A stretch of DNA of 64,000 bases, taken from contig NIVC01003024.1 of NCBI GenBank assembly GCA_002269645.1, positions 24,721 through 88,720 of the forward strand, written 5' to 3'. The notes below the pieces were generated by a model. The model did no database searches, had not been told where the DNA came from, and worked only from the letters and a program-made list of their open reading frames with translations. This document shows, in pieces, positions 12,665-23,187 of the stretch. How positions within the stretch are numbered: the first letter of the stretch is position 1; every line of letters begins with the position of its first letter. Position numbers and translations under genes: made by a program. Origin of the DNA: Macrostomum lignano (taxonomy: Eukaryota).

Positions 12665-13678
12665 TCGACAGCGATAATAAAATGATGGCTGGGCTTCAAC
12701 AAAATCCTATATACTAAATTATTACATGTATACTAATTAATATACATGTAAGGCCGGTTGTCCAATGCGAAATTAAATTTAGACTAAATTTAGAAATTTG
12801 GTAATGAGTCGAGTGACATCATCTGAAAACAGATCGGACGATGTCAACTTGGGGGTCCTTCATGCGCTCTCAGGGCCATAGGGCCTACTTCTCGAAGAAG
12901 AGCAGCAGCAACAAGATCCGGCCACTGCATGCGTCCGATCGGGATTACCCGGAGCTTCTCTTAGTCACCGCTTTCTCGTCGGATCTTCTGGAATATCCGG
13001 CACAACCTTCTTGCTGATGCCTAAAGTTTCAACACTTTGCCACTATAAGATCTTGGTCAGGCTCAGAACTTTAATAGTGCCCCTCGTAGACACGAGAGAC
13101 TTTCTGACTCGTCAGAAATCTATTCCAGAAATATTACATGTACTACACATGTAGACACGAAGGGGTGTTCGGGTTCCCCGAAAGGTGTTCAGGATCGGGG
13201 TCAACCCCGAACCACAAAAAATGGATAAAATTTGCATGGTGGGCCAGTCGGTAATAAAGCCTAGGGATATAATATAGGCTGATAAAATTTATATTAAATA
13301 AATGAATACATGTAAATTAAAAAATTTTTTCCATCGAGGTTTACCGTAAGCCAGCAATGCTTTTCTTATAATATATGTTTACGAGTGAAGCTTAAAGATC
13401 GATTTTTTCAGAACTCAGTCGCAAAACATCAAGAGTCTTTTTTAATTACATGTATCTCAGAGAGCAAATTTAGGATCAGGTAACTTTCTGTTTGCTGAGA
13501 AAAAACCGGTTCCAGTACTGCTACGATAGAGCTGTTTTGATCCGTTACTGGTAAAAAAAAACTTATTAACAAGCTTACAGTACGTTAGTGTTTTCTCTTT
13601 CAAAGGTTTTAATAATTAGTAAACTGCAGATTTCTTCAAATCCGTATCATTGCGCGACTTCACTGGCTTCTCGACAGC

Positions 13679-14433
13679 TCAAACAAACGGCGACACGCAC
13701 TCGCACAGGACTCGATATCTGTCCACCGATTCCCAGAAGTCGGACAGCTTGTTCCAATGGACAAATCGGCCGATCACATTTTCGCCTTGTAGTCCACTGT
13801 CGTTCGGCTCCACCTCGTTCCACAGGCTGTCGTCAAGGGTGATGTTGCAGCTGGCCCAGTACCAGCCGCCTCGCTTCTCAGTGCTGCCAGCCGACTGGTG
13901 GCCTCCAAGCCACATCGTGGATCCAGCGCTGTACTTGCTGTAGATCATCTCCACGTGGCTCATCTCGGTGGCGTCCATCACGTCGGTCATGATCACCAAA
14001 CCGCTCTCCGACTCGCACTTCTGCCTGCTCGGCCACCAGAAGTCCGCTTCATTGAGCAGCTTGTACTTCACCCCGCACAGGTCGTCTCCGTAGCCAGACG
14101 GACACAGCGCTCCCGGATCGAGTCTCGGCCTCTGCTTGACAAACACCCGGCCTCTCCTGGAGCAGCCGCAGCTCCTCACCGACTTGCTGCACTTGTCGAA
14201 CACGAACAGCTGGCATGGACCGTCAGCCAGGCTGAACGCCTGACAGCGCGGGCTAAAATGGCATCGAATGGCGCAAGCTGTCACGGAGCCGGCCTCCGGA
14301 GCAGTTTCAATGAACTCACTCCTGATGCACAGGTAGCCTTCGATAAGGCTGAAGTAGTCGGAGGCGTTGCTCAGCGGTGGCAGAGCAGCGCGAGTAGCAG
14401 GACCAGCAGACTTAGCGGGACTCCCAGAGACAT
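13679..14433 (-). CDS. Secreted PAN + C-type lectin protein, with a 1-nt frameshift just after the signal peptide
   Basis: ATG at 14433 gives MSLGVPLSLLVLLLALLC. Adding one base near 14375-14395 joins it to LSNASDYF...CAIRCHFSPRCQAFSLADGPC (PAN) and to a CTLD with WLGG, WNEVEPND (EPN motif) and a terminal LCEC. Confidence 0.75.
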
Positions 14434-15744
14434 GTCTGTCTCAAGGCGAACACGAGCATGTCAGACCGCGTGCTTCTGTCGCCGGCTCTTTTACTCCTTG
14501 CTATTTATCGGCAACTCGATGTATCGAGAAATATCTACGCGTTACTAGGCAACCGTTAAGATCAAACAGCTAAAAACATTTTTTTTGCAATTAATTTTCA
14601 ATTCAATCAACGCACTGAGAAGGGACCCTTCAGTGCTTTTATTGTTCAGGTAGCTACCTGATTTATCAAAGCCCCTCTCTTCGAAGAGGAATTGTGAGCC
14701 ATTTTTACAAATCAAATGTGCTCGTTAGATGATATTTGAGATTTTGGAGCTAGCTTAACACATTTAGTATACAGCATCAGGCAAAAGCCTACCAAAAAGG
14801 ACTTTTATTCTACGTATGTACATGTCCTGTGCCTAAAAACCATTAAAATGGCAACGGCTCAACTCAAATTGGTTTTATATATGTGTCTATTTTGTCATTC
14901 TTAGATGGCTGTATAACAACATGTGTAGCGGAGATGATAAAATTGATTCATAAAACCAAAGATTCAAGCTGTGCCATGCATTTTAATGATTTTTAGGTAC
15001 TGGAAGTTTACGCAGAACAAAAATTAACATAGAATTATAATTTTCTAAACGAAAAGATTTAATAAATATCCTTAAATTAAGCCGGTTGACTTGAGATTTT
15101 TCAGCCCAATAAAAAAGCGACAATAGCTAAAATTTAGTCGAGAATTTCACGAAATTTTCTGCTTTAAATTGCAATAAAAGCCAGATAGATAGATTTTAGC
15201 TCTATGATGGGATTAAGATAATTTTTTTTAAAATTTGCTTTGCAAGCTTTCAAATCATAATTGCTTTTGCTTGTCTAAAATCTAAATGGAAAGTGGAGAA
15301 GAGTAGTTTTATTGAACACCGTGATGCTGCTCAGCTACAGAGGATTTATCTAATCCATTACTGATCCTTTTAATTGGCTCTTCGGTGCCATCTGTCGATC
15401 ACGCGCTGCGAGAGCGCCTGTAGGAGAAGTGGGATGCATGGCGGCAGTTTAAAATCGAGTTCATTTGTCTGATCACCTACAGTCATTGGGAAGGTATATG
15501 GGAATTAAGTTAATGCATTCGCTGCTCACGTTGATAGATAATACCTGAATCGGGTTTTAGCATGAGTAGGGGATTAAAGTTTCTTTGATTTTATGGTATA
15601 CTCGTAAATGCAAAACTCATGTAACTACTGAAATTGGGAGCAAAACCTGCTGTGGGGGAGGGCTATCTTGAATAAAATGGGGCGCCAATGCTGTACTTAC
15701 ACTCGCTCACACAGGGTGTACAGCGGCCCTGACTTTCTAATTGT

Positions 15745-16070
15745 CTGGCATGTGCACCCTGGCATGTACACCCTGGCATGTACACCCTGGCATGTACACT
15801 CTGGCATGTACACCCTGGCATGTACACCCTGGCATGTACACCCTGGCATGTACACTCTGGCATGTACACCCTGGCATGTACACCCTGGCATGTACACCCT
15901 GGCATGTACACTCTGGCATGTACACCCTGGCATGTACACCCTGGCATGTACACCCTGGCATGTACACTCTGGCATGTACACCCTGGCATGTACACCCTGG
16001 CATGTACACTCTGGAATGTACACTCTGGTATGTACACCCTGGCATGTACACCCTGGCATGTACACTCTGG
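15745..16070. repeat. 14-bp minisatellite (about 23 copies)
   Basis: Unit GGCATGTACACCCT. Confidence 0.96.
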
Positions 16071-17584
16071 CCTGAGGCATTAATCGACGAGCTTAAGATC
16101 ATCACCTGCTAGCTATCTGCGAAGACTGTGACAGCATCATCCCGAGTCTACGGCTACAGAGCATCAAGCCGATTCGGTCACTGTGGATTACCTGGTCTCC
16201 GGCTGTTGAGTTTCTGATTGGTTGGGTGAGAGGCTACCTAGACTTGCTTGATTGGGTGATTCCTTATCTGTCCCCTGTTTCAGTAGCTGAATTAGGCGCA
16301 CACTTTTGCTCATTTTGTCCAGTAGTGCTGTTACTGAGGCAGAAATCATTCAATAATACTGCTAGTAGTCTGAAACTCTAGTAGTGTGAAGTGATTTAAG
16401 GAGAAGGTTAAATCTGACAGTTATTTTTATCGGTTTTTATTTCGTTGTTCGCCGATGGCTCAGATGAGTAGCTAAGCTAGTAGGCGCCGGTCGCAGTGGA
16501 CCAATGGCAAGGCGATTCTCAATCTATCAATCTATCAAATAGTTAGCGAAATTGCCAATAGTGCAAAATCGGCGCTAGGGATGTACTTTGTGCACTCTAG
16601 GTTCGCCAAGCGGCTCGGGTAAATGAATCATGCGGTCTCTGAAGTTCGAGTTAGTCTATCATCAGCGCTATGAGAGGCTAGTTGGCGCGTTGAAGGCCAA
16701 AAGTACAATTCCTCGTATTTAGCAATGTAATAGTACATGTAGCCACTGCAAGAATCCCCTGCACAAGTCCCCTCTGTACCTGCATGGCCAATGCGATCTA
16801 GTCCCAGCAGTGTCCCTTATCATCGGCTATGACTTCGAGATTGACAGCAAAAAGACACTAGTTGGCAGGTAAGTGCTAAGCCCCCTCTAGTCGGAAGCCC
16901 GATTTCGAAAGTTCCGGTTTGGTGAGCCAGGACGCACGGGCTGGTGGCAGCGGGTTAGTTAATCTGCGGATTAGCTGATCTCTACCTTCAAAATTCTCCC
17001 TGGTTGTCTCTCGCTGTCCCTCTCTTAGCTATAGGACCTAGACTGCTCGCCACACGATCAAGCTACCATGGGGCTGACCATCTGACAGGAGTGGGGGGCC
17101 AGGACTCTAATTGATTTATTTCTGAGGCCTGAGGCCCGAAGGCTTCTCCACAAGGGGGCCCGAAGGCTTCTCCACAAGGGGGCCCGAAGGTCGAAACCCA
17201 TCATTGTGTAATGTATTTAAAATAAGAACATTTTGATATTTCCTGGATCACCCACTTTATCAAAAAGTTTCCGATCCCGGGATCCCGTCAGGCCAAAAAG
17301 TGTCCGCGGGGGGGATCCCGGGATTGCAATCCCTAGTTTATTTGTCTCACCTTACTGTAGAAAAACTAACGATTGAATTACTGATGATTTTGAATTGAAT
17401 AGAAAAAGGGAAAGGACCAGCCTGCCTGAGAGTCAGCCGTCCATGCAGCGTCTATTATTTATAAAACTAACGCAGGCGGGTTGAGTCGAGAATAATGAAG
17501 ATAGGGGTGGAATAGATCTTTAACAGGTGCATCTGGGTTTGCAGGACCTGAACAAGACGGCTCTGAGGCACCAACCTTCGGGGA

Positions 17585-17805
17585 GGCAACCAGTGACATG
17601 GCAACCAGTGACATGGCAACCAGTGACATGGCAACCAGTGACATGGCAGCCAGTGACATGGCAACCAGTGACATGGCAACCAGTGACATGGCAACCAGTG
17701 ACATGGCAACCAGTGACATGGCAACCAGTGACATGGCAACCAGTGACATGGCAACCAGTGACATGGCAACCAGTGACATGGCAACCAATGACATGGCAAC
17801 CAGCG
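17585..17805. repeat. 15-bp minisatellite (about 14 copies)
   Basis: Unit GCAACCAGTGACATG. Confidence 0.95.
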
Positions 17806-18385
17806 ACGCGACATCTTCAACAAACTCGAAAATTGCGTCAAGGGTGACATAGTGACAACGATGAACTTTGCAATAGGTTGCGTGCACTGAATTGTTGACT
17901 CACTAGCAAGATCGACCGATTTTTATTGACCGACTTAGTGATTTGAATGGTATTATACTGACCCCACCCCATGCGCGCTTGTATCTGTCTGCACCCTCCA
18001 CCTCATTGCTAACAAATAAATATTGTCAGCCTAGCTCTCAAGTGAGCACTTTTCTCACTCCTGCAATTCCACACTACTGCCTCAGTTATTAAAGATATCA
18101 ACAGAGGGGATCCATGACAACATCATCATCCACAGCCAGGACCCAGAGGCTCACCAAAAGCATGTGACTCAGCCTGCCTGATTGGACTGCGCCAACACGG
18201 TATCACCCTGAACGCCGAAATGCGCCACTACATGGGGCATGGGGCAATGCCAAGTTCATGGCGATGACGTTGTCCAAATACGGGATCCAGCTATCAAAGG
18301 AGAAAATCGCAGAGCTGCAAGCAGTCAAGGACTCACAGTCTGTCAAGGAGGTCCAATCAATTCTCGGCCTGGCCAACCACTCGAT
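17806..18385 (+). pseudogene. Degenerate Ty3/gypsy reverse transcriptase fragment interrupted by a solo LTR
   Basis: Removing the LTR restores IFNKLENCVKGIHDNIIIHSQDPEAHQKHV (region of the YxDD motif). Downstream, with frameshifts: GLRQHGITLNAE and LSKYGIQLSKEKIAELQAVKDSQSVKEVQSILGLANH. Confidence 0.6.
17845..18103 (+). mobile_element. Diverged solo LTR related to the LTRs at 27190 and 31422
   Basis: Colinear shared blocks TGACATAGTGAC, GATGAACTTTGC, TGTTGACTCACTAGCA, CCCCACCCCATGCGCGC, CAGCCTAGCTCTCAAG and CTCACTCCTGCAATTCCACACT; ends in ACA. Confidence 0.88.
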
Positions 18386-18893
18386 AAGTTTTTAACTACT
18401 GTATTAGCAGTATAAAGGAAAGTACAAATAGCTGAAACAATATAAAAAAGCTGACCATTAACTTTTTGAATTATCTTAGTAAAGCACGCTCAATATACTG
18501 GTATACACCTCGCACATTTTTAGCTGGAGCTTTAGTATACTGAATTTAGTATACTGGACTAGCAATCTTCGCCCCCCGTTGGGGACGCAACAAAGAAAGT
18601 AATACATTTTTAATAAACTACATGTCCGGTAGGTTTTGACATTTATCAGATCGAGCTAACATGCGGGGCAACTAGTGATGAATTTACTTAAGTTCTAATA
18701 ATCCTAATAATTGCTAAATAATTAATATCGCTTTGTAAATCAAGTTAAGATTAGATAAGGAATTCAATTTAGGGAAGAACTTTCGTATTGTGCATGGCTG
18801 TGCTAAAAATCTTGGCCATGGAAAAAATTCAACGCGTTAGAGAAGTCAAATTAATAATTAAGGATATCGATAAAGGACTTCTTGCCATAGAAG

Positions 18894-19022
18894 ATGGCTC
18901 AAGCTGGAAACGTTAGAGGTTCCTACCAGAAGGTGGTGCCAGAAGTTCGTGCACAACTGATTGAGGCATGCAATCGTGGAGAAGACATGCTTCGCTGCAT
19001 CGCAGACGAACCCCTTGATTGA
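18894..19022 (+). pseudogene. Possible Tc1-like transposase N-terminal remnant
   Basis: MAQAGNVRGSYQKVVPEVRAQLIEACNRGEDM resembles the HTH N-terminus of some Tc1/IS630 transposases. It is short and I found no TIRs. Confidence 0.22.
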
Positions 19023-19742
19023 AGTCCACTAAGTTAAATTTCGAAGTTAAATACGAAAGTTCTACCGTAAATTGAACTTCTTAAATCCTAACTTGATTTA
19101 CAAAAGAGATATTGATACATCAAATGAAATTAAATGAGCTACAGAAAGTAAAGAGCTTAATTTATTGATATACAGCTAAGAAAATAGTGTAACAATTTGT
19201 CTAAATTCTCCACTGAATGCAAAAAAAAATAAAATTGATGCGTCATGATACGCTATATGACACAAAAATAAAACCTTTCTGTCTGTAACATGACCAAAAT
19301 CAACTTTCAATCATTCAAGCGAATTCCGTTTATGTACTTTGGTGCTGACAAGGACAGCAAAGCGAATCAATGTAATAATATACGCTCGTAATAACATTCG
19401 CCTAACTATTGTGCATTGGCCTTAATATTAAACTTGTTTATTTAATATTGAATGATTATTGAACTGCTATAACAGACACCATTACCATTATCGATTGAAA
19501 GATTAAAACAAATTAAATCGATTTCAATCAATATATTAAAATCCATATAATTCCTAAATCGCGTATGGCGCGAGACAGAAAAAAAATAACCAAACACCAT
19601 TAACTTGTTCAATATGCTTATTCTAACTGAATGAGATGTAATGATATAGTTCCACTGAAAATGTAATAAAACATGCATTACATTTTCCGAGAACCTGCAT
19701 GCAGCTGTCCACGCAATAATGCAAGTATTTAATAGTTCTAAA

Positions 19743-19976
19743 TCAGCCGAATCGAAACAGGAAGGTAGAGTGACGACCCTTAGTAAAAAACCATTTGCGA
19801 TCCATCGGAAGTTCCGCAGTCTCCTCGTCCAGATCGGCGAATTCCTCTGCCAATTTTTCCGCTGTCGGCTGCTGCAGGTCTCCATCGTTTCCTGGTTTCT
19901 CTGATGGCTGAGCTGACACCTGAGATACCAGCAGGCACAAACACAGCAGCACCAGGATAGTTAACACTCTGCTCAT
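19743..19976 (-). CDS. RFamide neuropeptide precursor (77 aa), predicted product ending LFRF-amide
   Basis: Signal peptide MSRVLTILVLLCLCLLVSQVSA, an acidic spacer, a dibasic RK site, then WFFTKGRHSTFLFRF-G-stop. The terminal Gly is a candidate amide donor. Confidence 0.8.
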   Translation of the reverse strand: MSRVLTILVLLCLCLLVSQVSAQPSEKPGNDGDLQQPTAEKLAEEFADLDEETAELPMDRKWFFTKGRHSTFLFRFG

Positions 19977-20945
19977 GATTATGATTATGAGTCGATTAAA
20001 GATTTTCTTTGTAGCTAGATCGAGGTACATGTGTTTCTAGCAGAAATTTAAAGTGATTTTTGTTTAAACAAACTGACCCGTTTTATGCGTTGCAGCACGT
20101 GGCTGCAGCTCTAGACGATGGCATGACTCATGATGACACTTGGCAAACAGTCAAGCTTTCGTTTCCTTTCATCATTTTCGAATTCATCAACTTAAGACGC
20201 TTTTTAAACAGTTTGTCAGAGCAAACAGTCGTTTAGTAGGTTCAGACAGAGCACTGGAGGCATGGAAGCGACTCCTCCGCCCCAAGATGGGGCCAGGCTG
20301 TTTCAAAACAGTACATGTACAACCGCTTTTGACAAATTTGAAAAAAATTGAGTCAGTTGAAAGCGCTAACTTCTTTAAACAAAAGAAGTTTGATGTGTTC
20401 GTGAGTTTGTCTTTGACGGGCCGAACATATTCGTATAGACGTACTGTATATTTTATTTCGGTTCACTTGGCACTGTGTGAAACTCACACGTGTGACCTCT
20501 TGTGATGGCGATAGACTCCGGTCGCAACGCAACGCTTGTGTCCTAAATCCCTCTCGCCCCCGGTCCTGCAGTCAAAGACTGCTGGACCAATCCAAGGAGT
20601 TCTATAATTAGCAATCTGGAAGTGGAAACGAGTTTTACCTAAGAAGGCCACTCAAGTTGTTAAGATTAGGAGCCAGCACTGAATGTCTGTGACGATCTGT
20701 CTGACTCAACTCTTTAACCAATTAATTCTTGGTTAAAAATCCAAGAATCTGTCAGGCGGGAGAAGAACAGAGCTAACTAAGCTCTTTCAGCTAACAAATA
20801 CACACAAACATTGAAATCAGCCAGCCCCCCACATTTCTAACTCAATAAAACCACTAAAACCGAGTTCCATTCCCTTCTTTCTATGGTAAATGTATATCGC
20901 AGAAGTCACTGGTAAAAGTGAAAAACTCGTTTCCACTCCAGATTG

Positions 20946-21389
20946 CTAATTAACATTTCCTGACAAAACATTTTCTCGATCCAACGCTGGGTCAAGGACT
21001 CCAATTGTTTCGTCGCTCAGATCGACGCAGTGACGGAGGGCGTCGCAATCGTACCAGGCGTTGAGCTGTCCGCACATTGTCTCGCTAGTACACGTGTCTC
21101 GCTTATTGCCACAAAGCGGTACATCGCGTAAAGCGATTGGTTGAAAGTTTTTTTCGGATGTTCCGTCCAAGCAAAAGCTTTCCTGACGAGTCCCGATCCT
21201 CATTCTGTGTTGTGGGGTAGCTGGATATCGTTTTCTGTATTCCAACTTTGAAGCTCTTGCTATCTGCCTCGGACGTCTGCACAGAATTCTTAGGCGTTCG
21301 GTTGAAGACCTCCACCGTGCCATTCCGTCTCGGTCTGTTGAGTTAGAATTGGTAGAATTGGTTAAAGCCAAACATTCTTCCATCCCCCT
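20946..21389 (-). CDS. Probable terminal exon of a small Cys-rich protein with an LDL-receptor class A-like motif
   Basis: CDALRHCVDLSDE resembles the LDLa consensus CDGxxDCxDxSDE. Acceptor-like TTTTGTCTCCAG lies just upstream of the ORF. I did not identify upstream exons. Confidence 0.35.
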   Translation of the reverse strand, partial: RGMEECLALTNSTNSNSTDRDGMARWRSSTERLRILCRRPRQIARASKLEYRKRYPATPQHRMRIGTRQESFCLDGTSEKNFQPIALRDVPLCGNKRDTCTSETMCGQLNAWYDCDALRHCVDLSDETIGVLDPALDRENVLSGNVN

Positions 21390-22209
21390 GGAGACAAAAC
21401 AGCTCCCATTGTAAGAATGGCTATAGGGTGTTAGGGGTTCCGAAACGATCCAATGTTTCGGTTATCCACTTTTGAGCACACTAAAACGGACCCCAGTAAT
21501 GTCAACTGCCAACTTTGACCAAGTTGATCGACCCTGCCTTGGCGCTGTCTTGGCACAGAATACAGAACTTTCCATGATTTGTAACCGCTTTGTCTGTACC
21601 AGGCCACCAGTAGACTGGTTACTTGATCGCAGGAGCAAAATTACAAATCAGTAATTAAGATCCAATAAGGAATAACAACAGTTTCTTAGTCACTTTTTAA
21701 ATACACTATCATTTTTTTAACTTTCCAGCCGCATAAAAATTGAAGTGCTCATTTTCCAATACAACTCGTGTATTACAAATAATTAATTTAGCATATTAAA
21801 ACGAGGTTAAATTTGACCGAATCAGTTTTGCTTGGTGCTGGCCCGCTAGGGCCCCATCTTTTGGGGGATGTCACTTCCATGTCTCTAGTGTTCCCTGGTT
21901 CAGGTATTTGCGCCACGCTCAACCTTTTGTGAAGGATAAATAAAGTTTTGGGTTTTTTGAAGCCGAAAGAAATAATCGCATTCCCGTAGTTTCCAAGAAA
22001 CTCTGTCAGGTCTCAAGAGTATACGGTCAACGTGGAGATGCGTAAAGGGGAGCGTGAAAATTGCTCCTTGACCACTTTCCCTCGTGGATTACTCCCACTC
22101 ATGGGAATTTTCCACCACTTGAGTATCTTCTAAAGACGGTTGTCAGCAGGCTTCATCACTCACTGCAGCCAGCTTCCAGTAGCAGTAACCGCTAGGGCCT
22201 CTGCTATAG

Positions 22210-22350
22210 TCTGCACCTCTGTAGCTGGGCGCCCCCACTGTAGCTGGGCGCCCCCTCTGTAGCTGGCGCCTCCCTCTGTAGCTGGCGCCTCCCTCTGTAG
22301 CTGGCGCCCCCCTCTGTAGCTGGCGCCCCCCTCTGTAGCTGGCGCCCCTA
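22210..22350. repeat. ~18-bp GC-rich minisatellite
   Basis: Unit approximately CTGTAGCTGGCGCCCCCT. Confidence 0.85.
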
Positions 22351-23187
22351 ATATTGCTGTTGTTTTATAGGCTTCTGTACTTGTTTGTTTATACATGCAC
22401 TCTGTAGAAGCACGACTAGCCGCTTTGCAAATTCGGGGTAAAACGCTGACCTGCCTGGCAAGACTTTGTTTGACTCATGCGGATGGCAAATGGACTTTCG
22501 AACTGGCCTGGCTTATTTTATAACACTTCAACAACCCCAAATTCAGCAGCAGCACCACGTGAAAGTTCAGAGTGCTGCGTCACATGCATGTACATGCTCG
22601 TATTTGCTAAAATGGACCTACATGATGTTGTCATTTCTAATCAAGCCTTAATGCTGTATCAAACACAGCTAGATCTGCAGTCAGAGCCTCATGGCTAGTA
22701 AAATGCATAGCATAAACACAAACTGCCTGCAGTGTGACTACAAAAACTAATTCTAAAGCTAAACAACCAGATTTTAACATCGCAATCTCACGGAAAGACG
22801 GATTCTGCAAAGAAGACGAATTAATCTTTTTATAGGATTAAAAATGTAAGTTTTATTAAGAGTAATGTTTTTTATTTACTTGTCGCTTGAGTGTACTGTA
22901 CTGTAATACATTATCATGTAGACTGTCATTTAAAAGGTTGCCCTTGAATTCAGTAACCGAAATTTAGTAAATGTTGAATTTAGTAACGCTGGAATTTAGT
23001 AACGCTGGAATTTATTTGACATAAAATTGACCAGATCGATTAACCAAAAATATGCTCGTATAGTTTCAAATAACAGATTAGTAAGTGACTGTTTGCATAC
23101 TTCTCAAGCGTTGAACATTTTTAGAGGACCGAAAGCGGCTACTCCGAAGCAAAACGAGTAAAGTGCGCAGGTACTTCTGCATTGGCA

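Noticed and set aside
12665-12730. Possible SECIS (ATGA...AA) after the TGA-containing gene
   Set aside because: No pairing for helix II, no closing GA quartet, and it lies downstream of the AATAAA.
16480-16530. tRNA A-box-like stretch GCAGTGGACCAATGGCAAGG (similar one at 54730-54755)
   Set aside because: No B box or cloverleaf follows; at most a SINE-like remnant.
16930-16960. PBS-like TGGTGGCAGCG
   Set aside because: It is not preceded by an LTR-terminal CA, and I found no paired LTR or gag.
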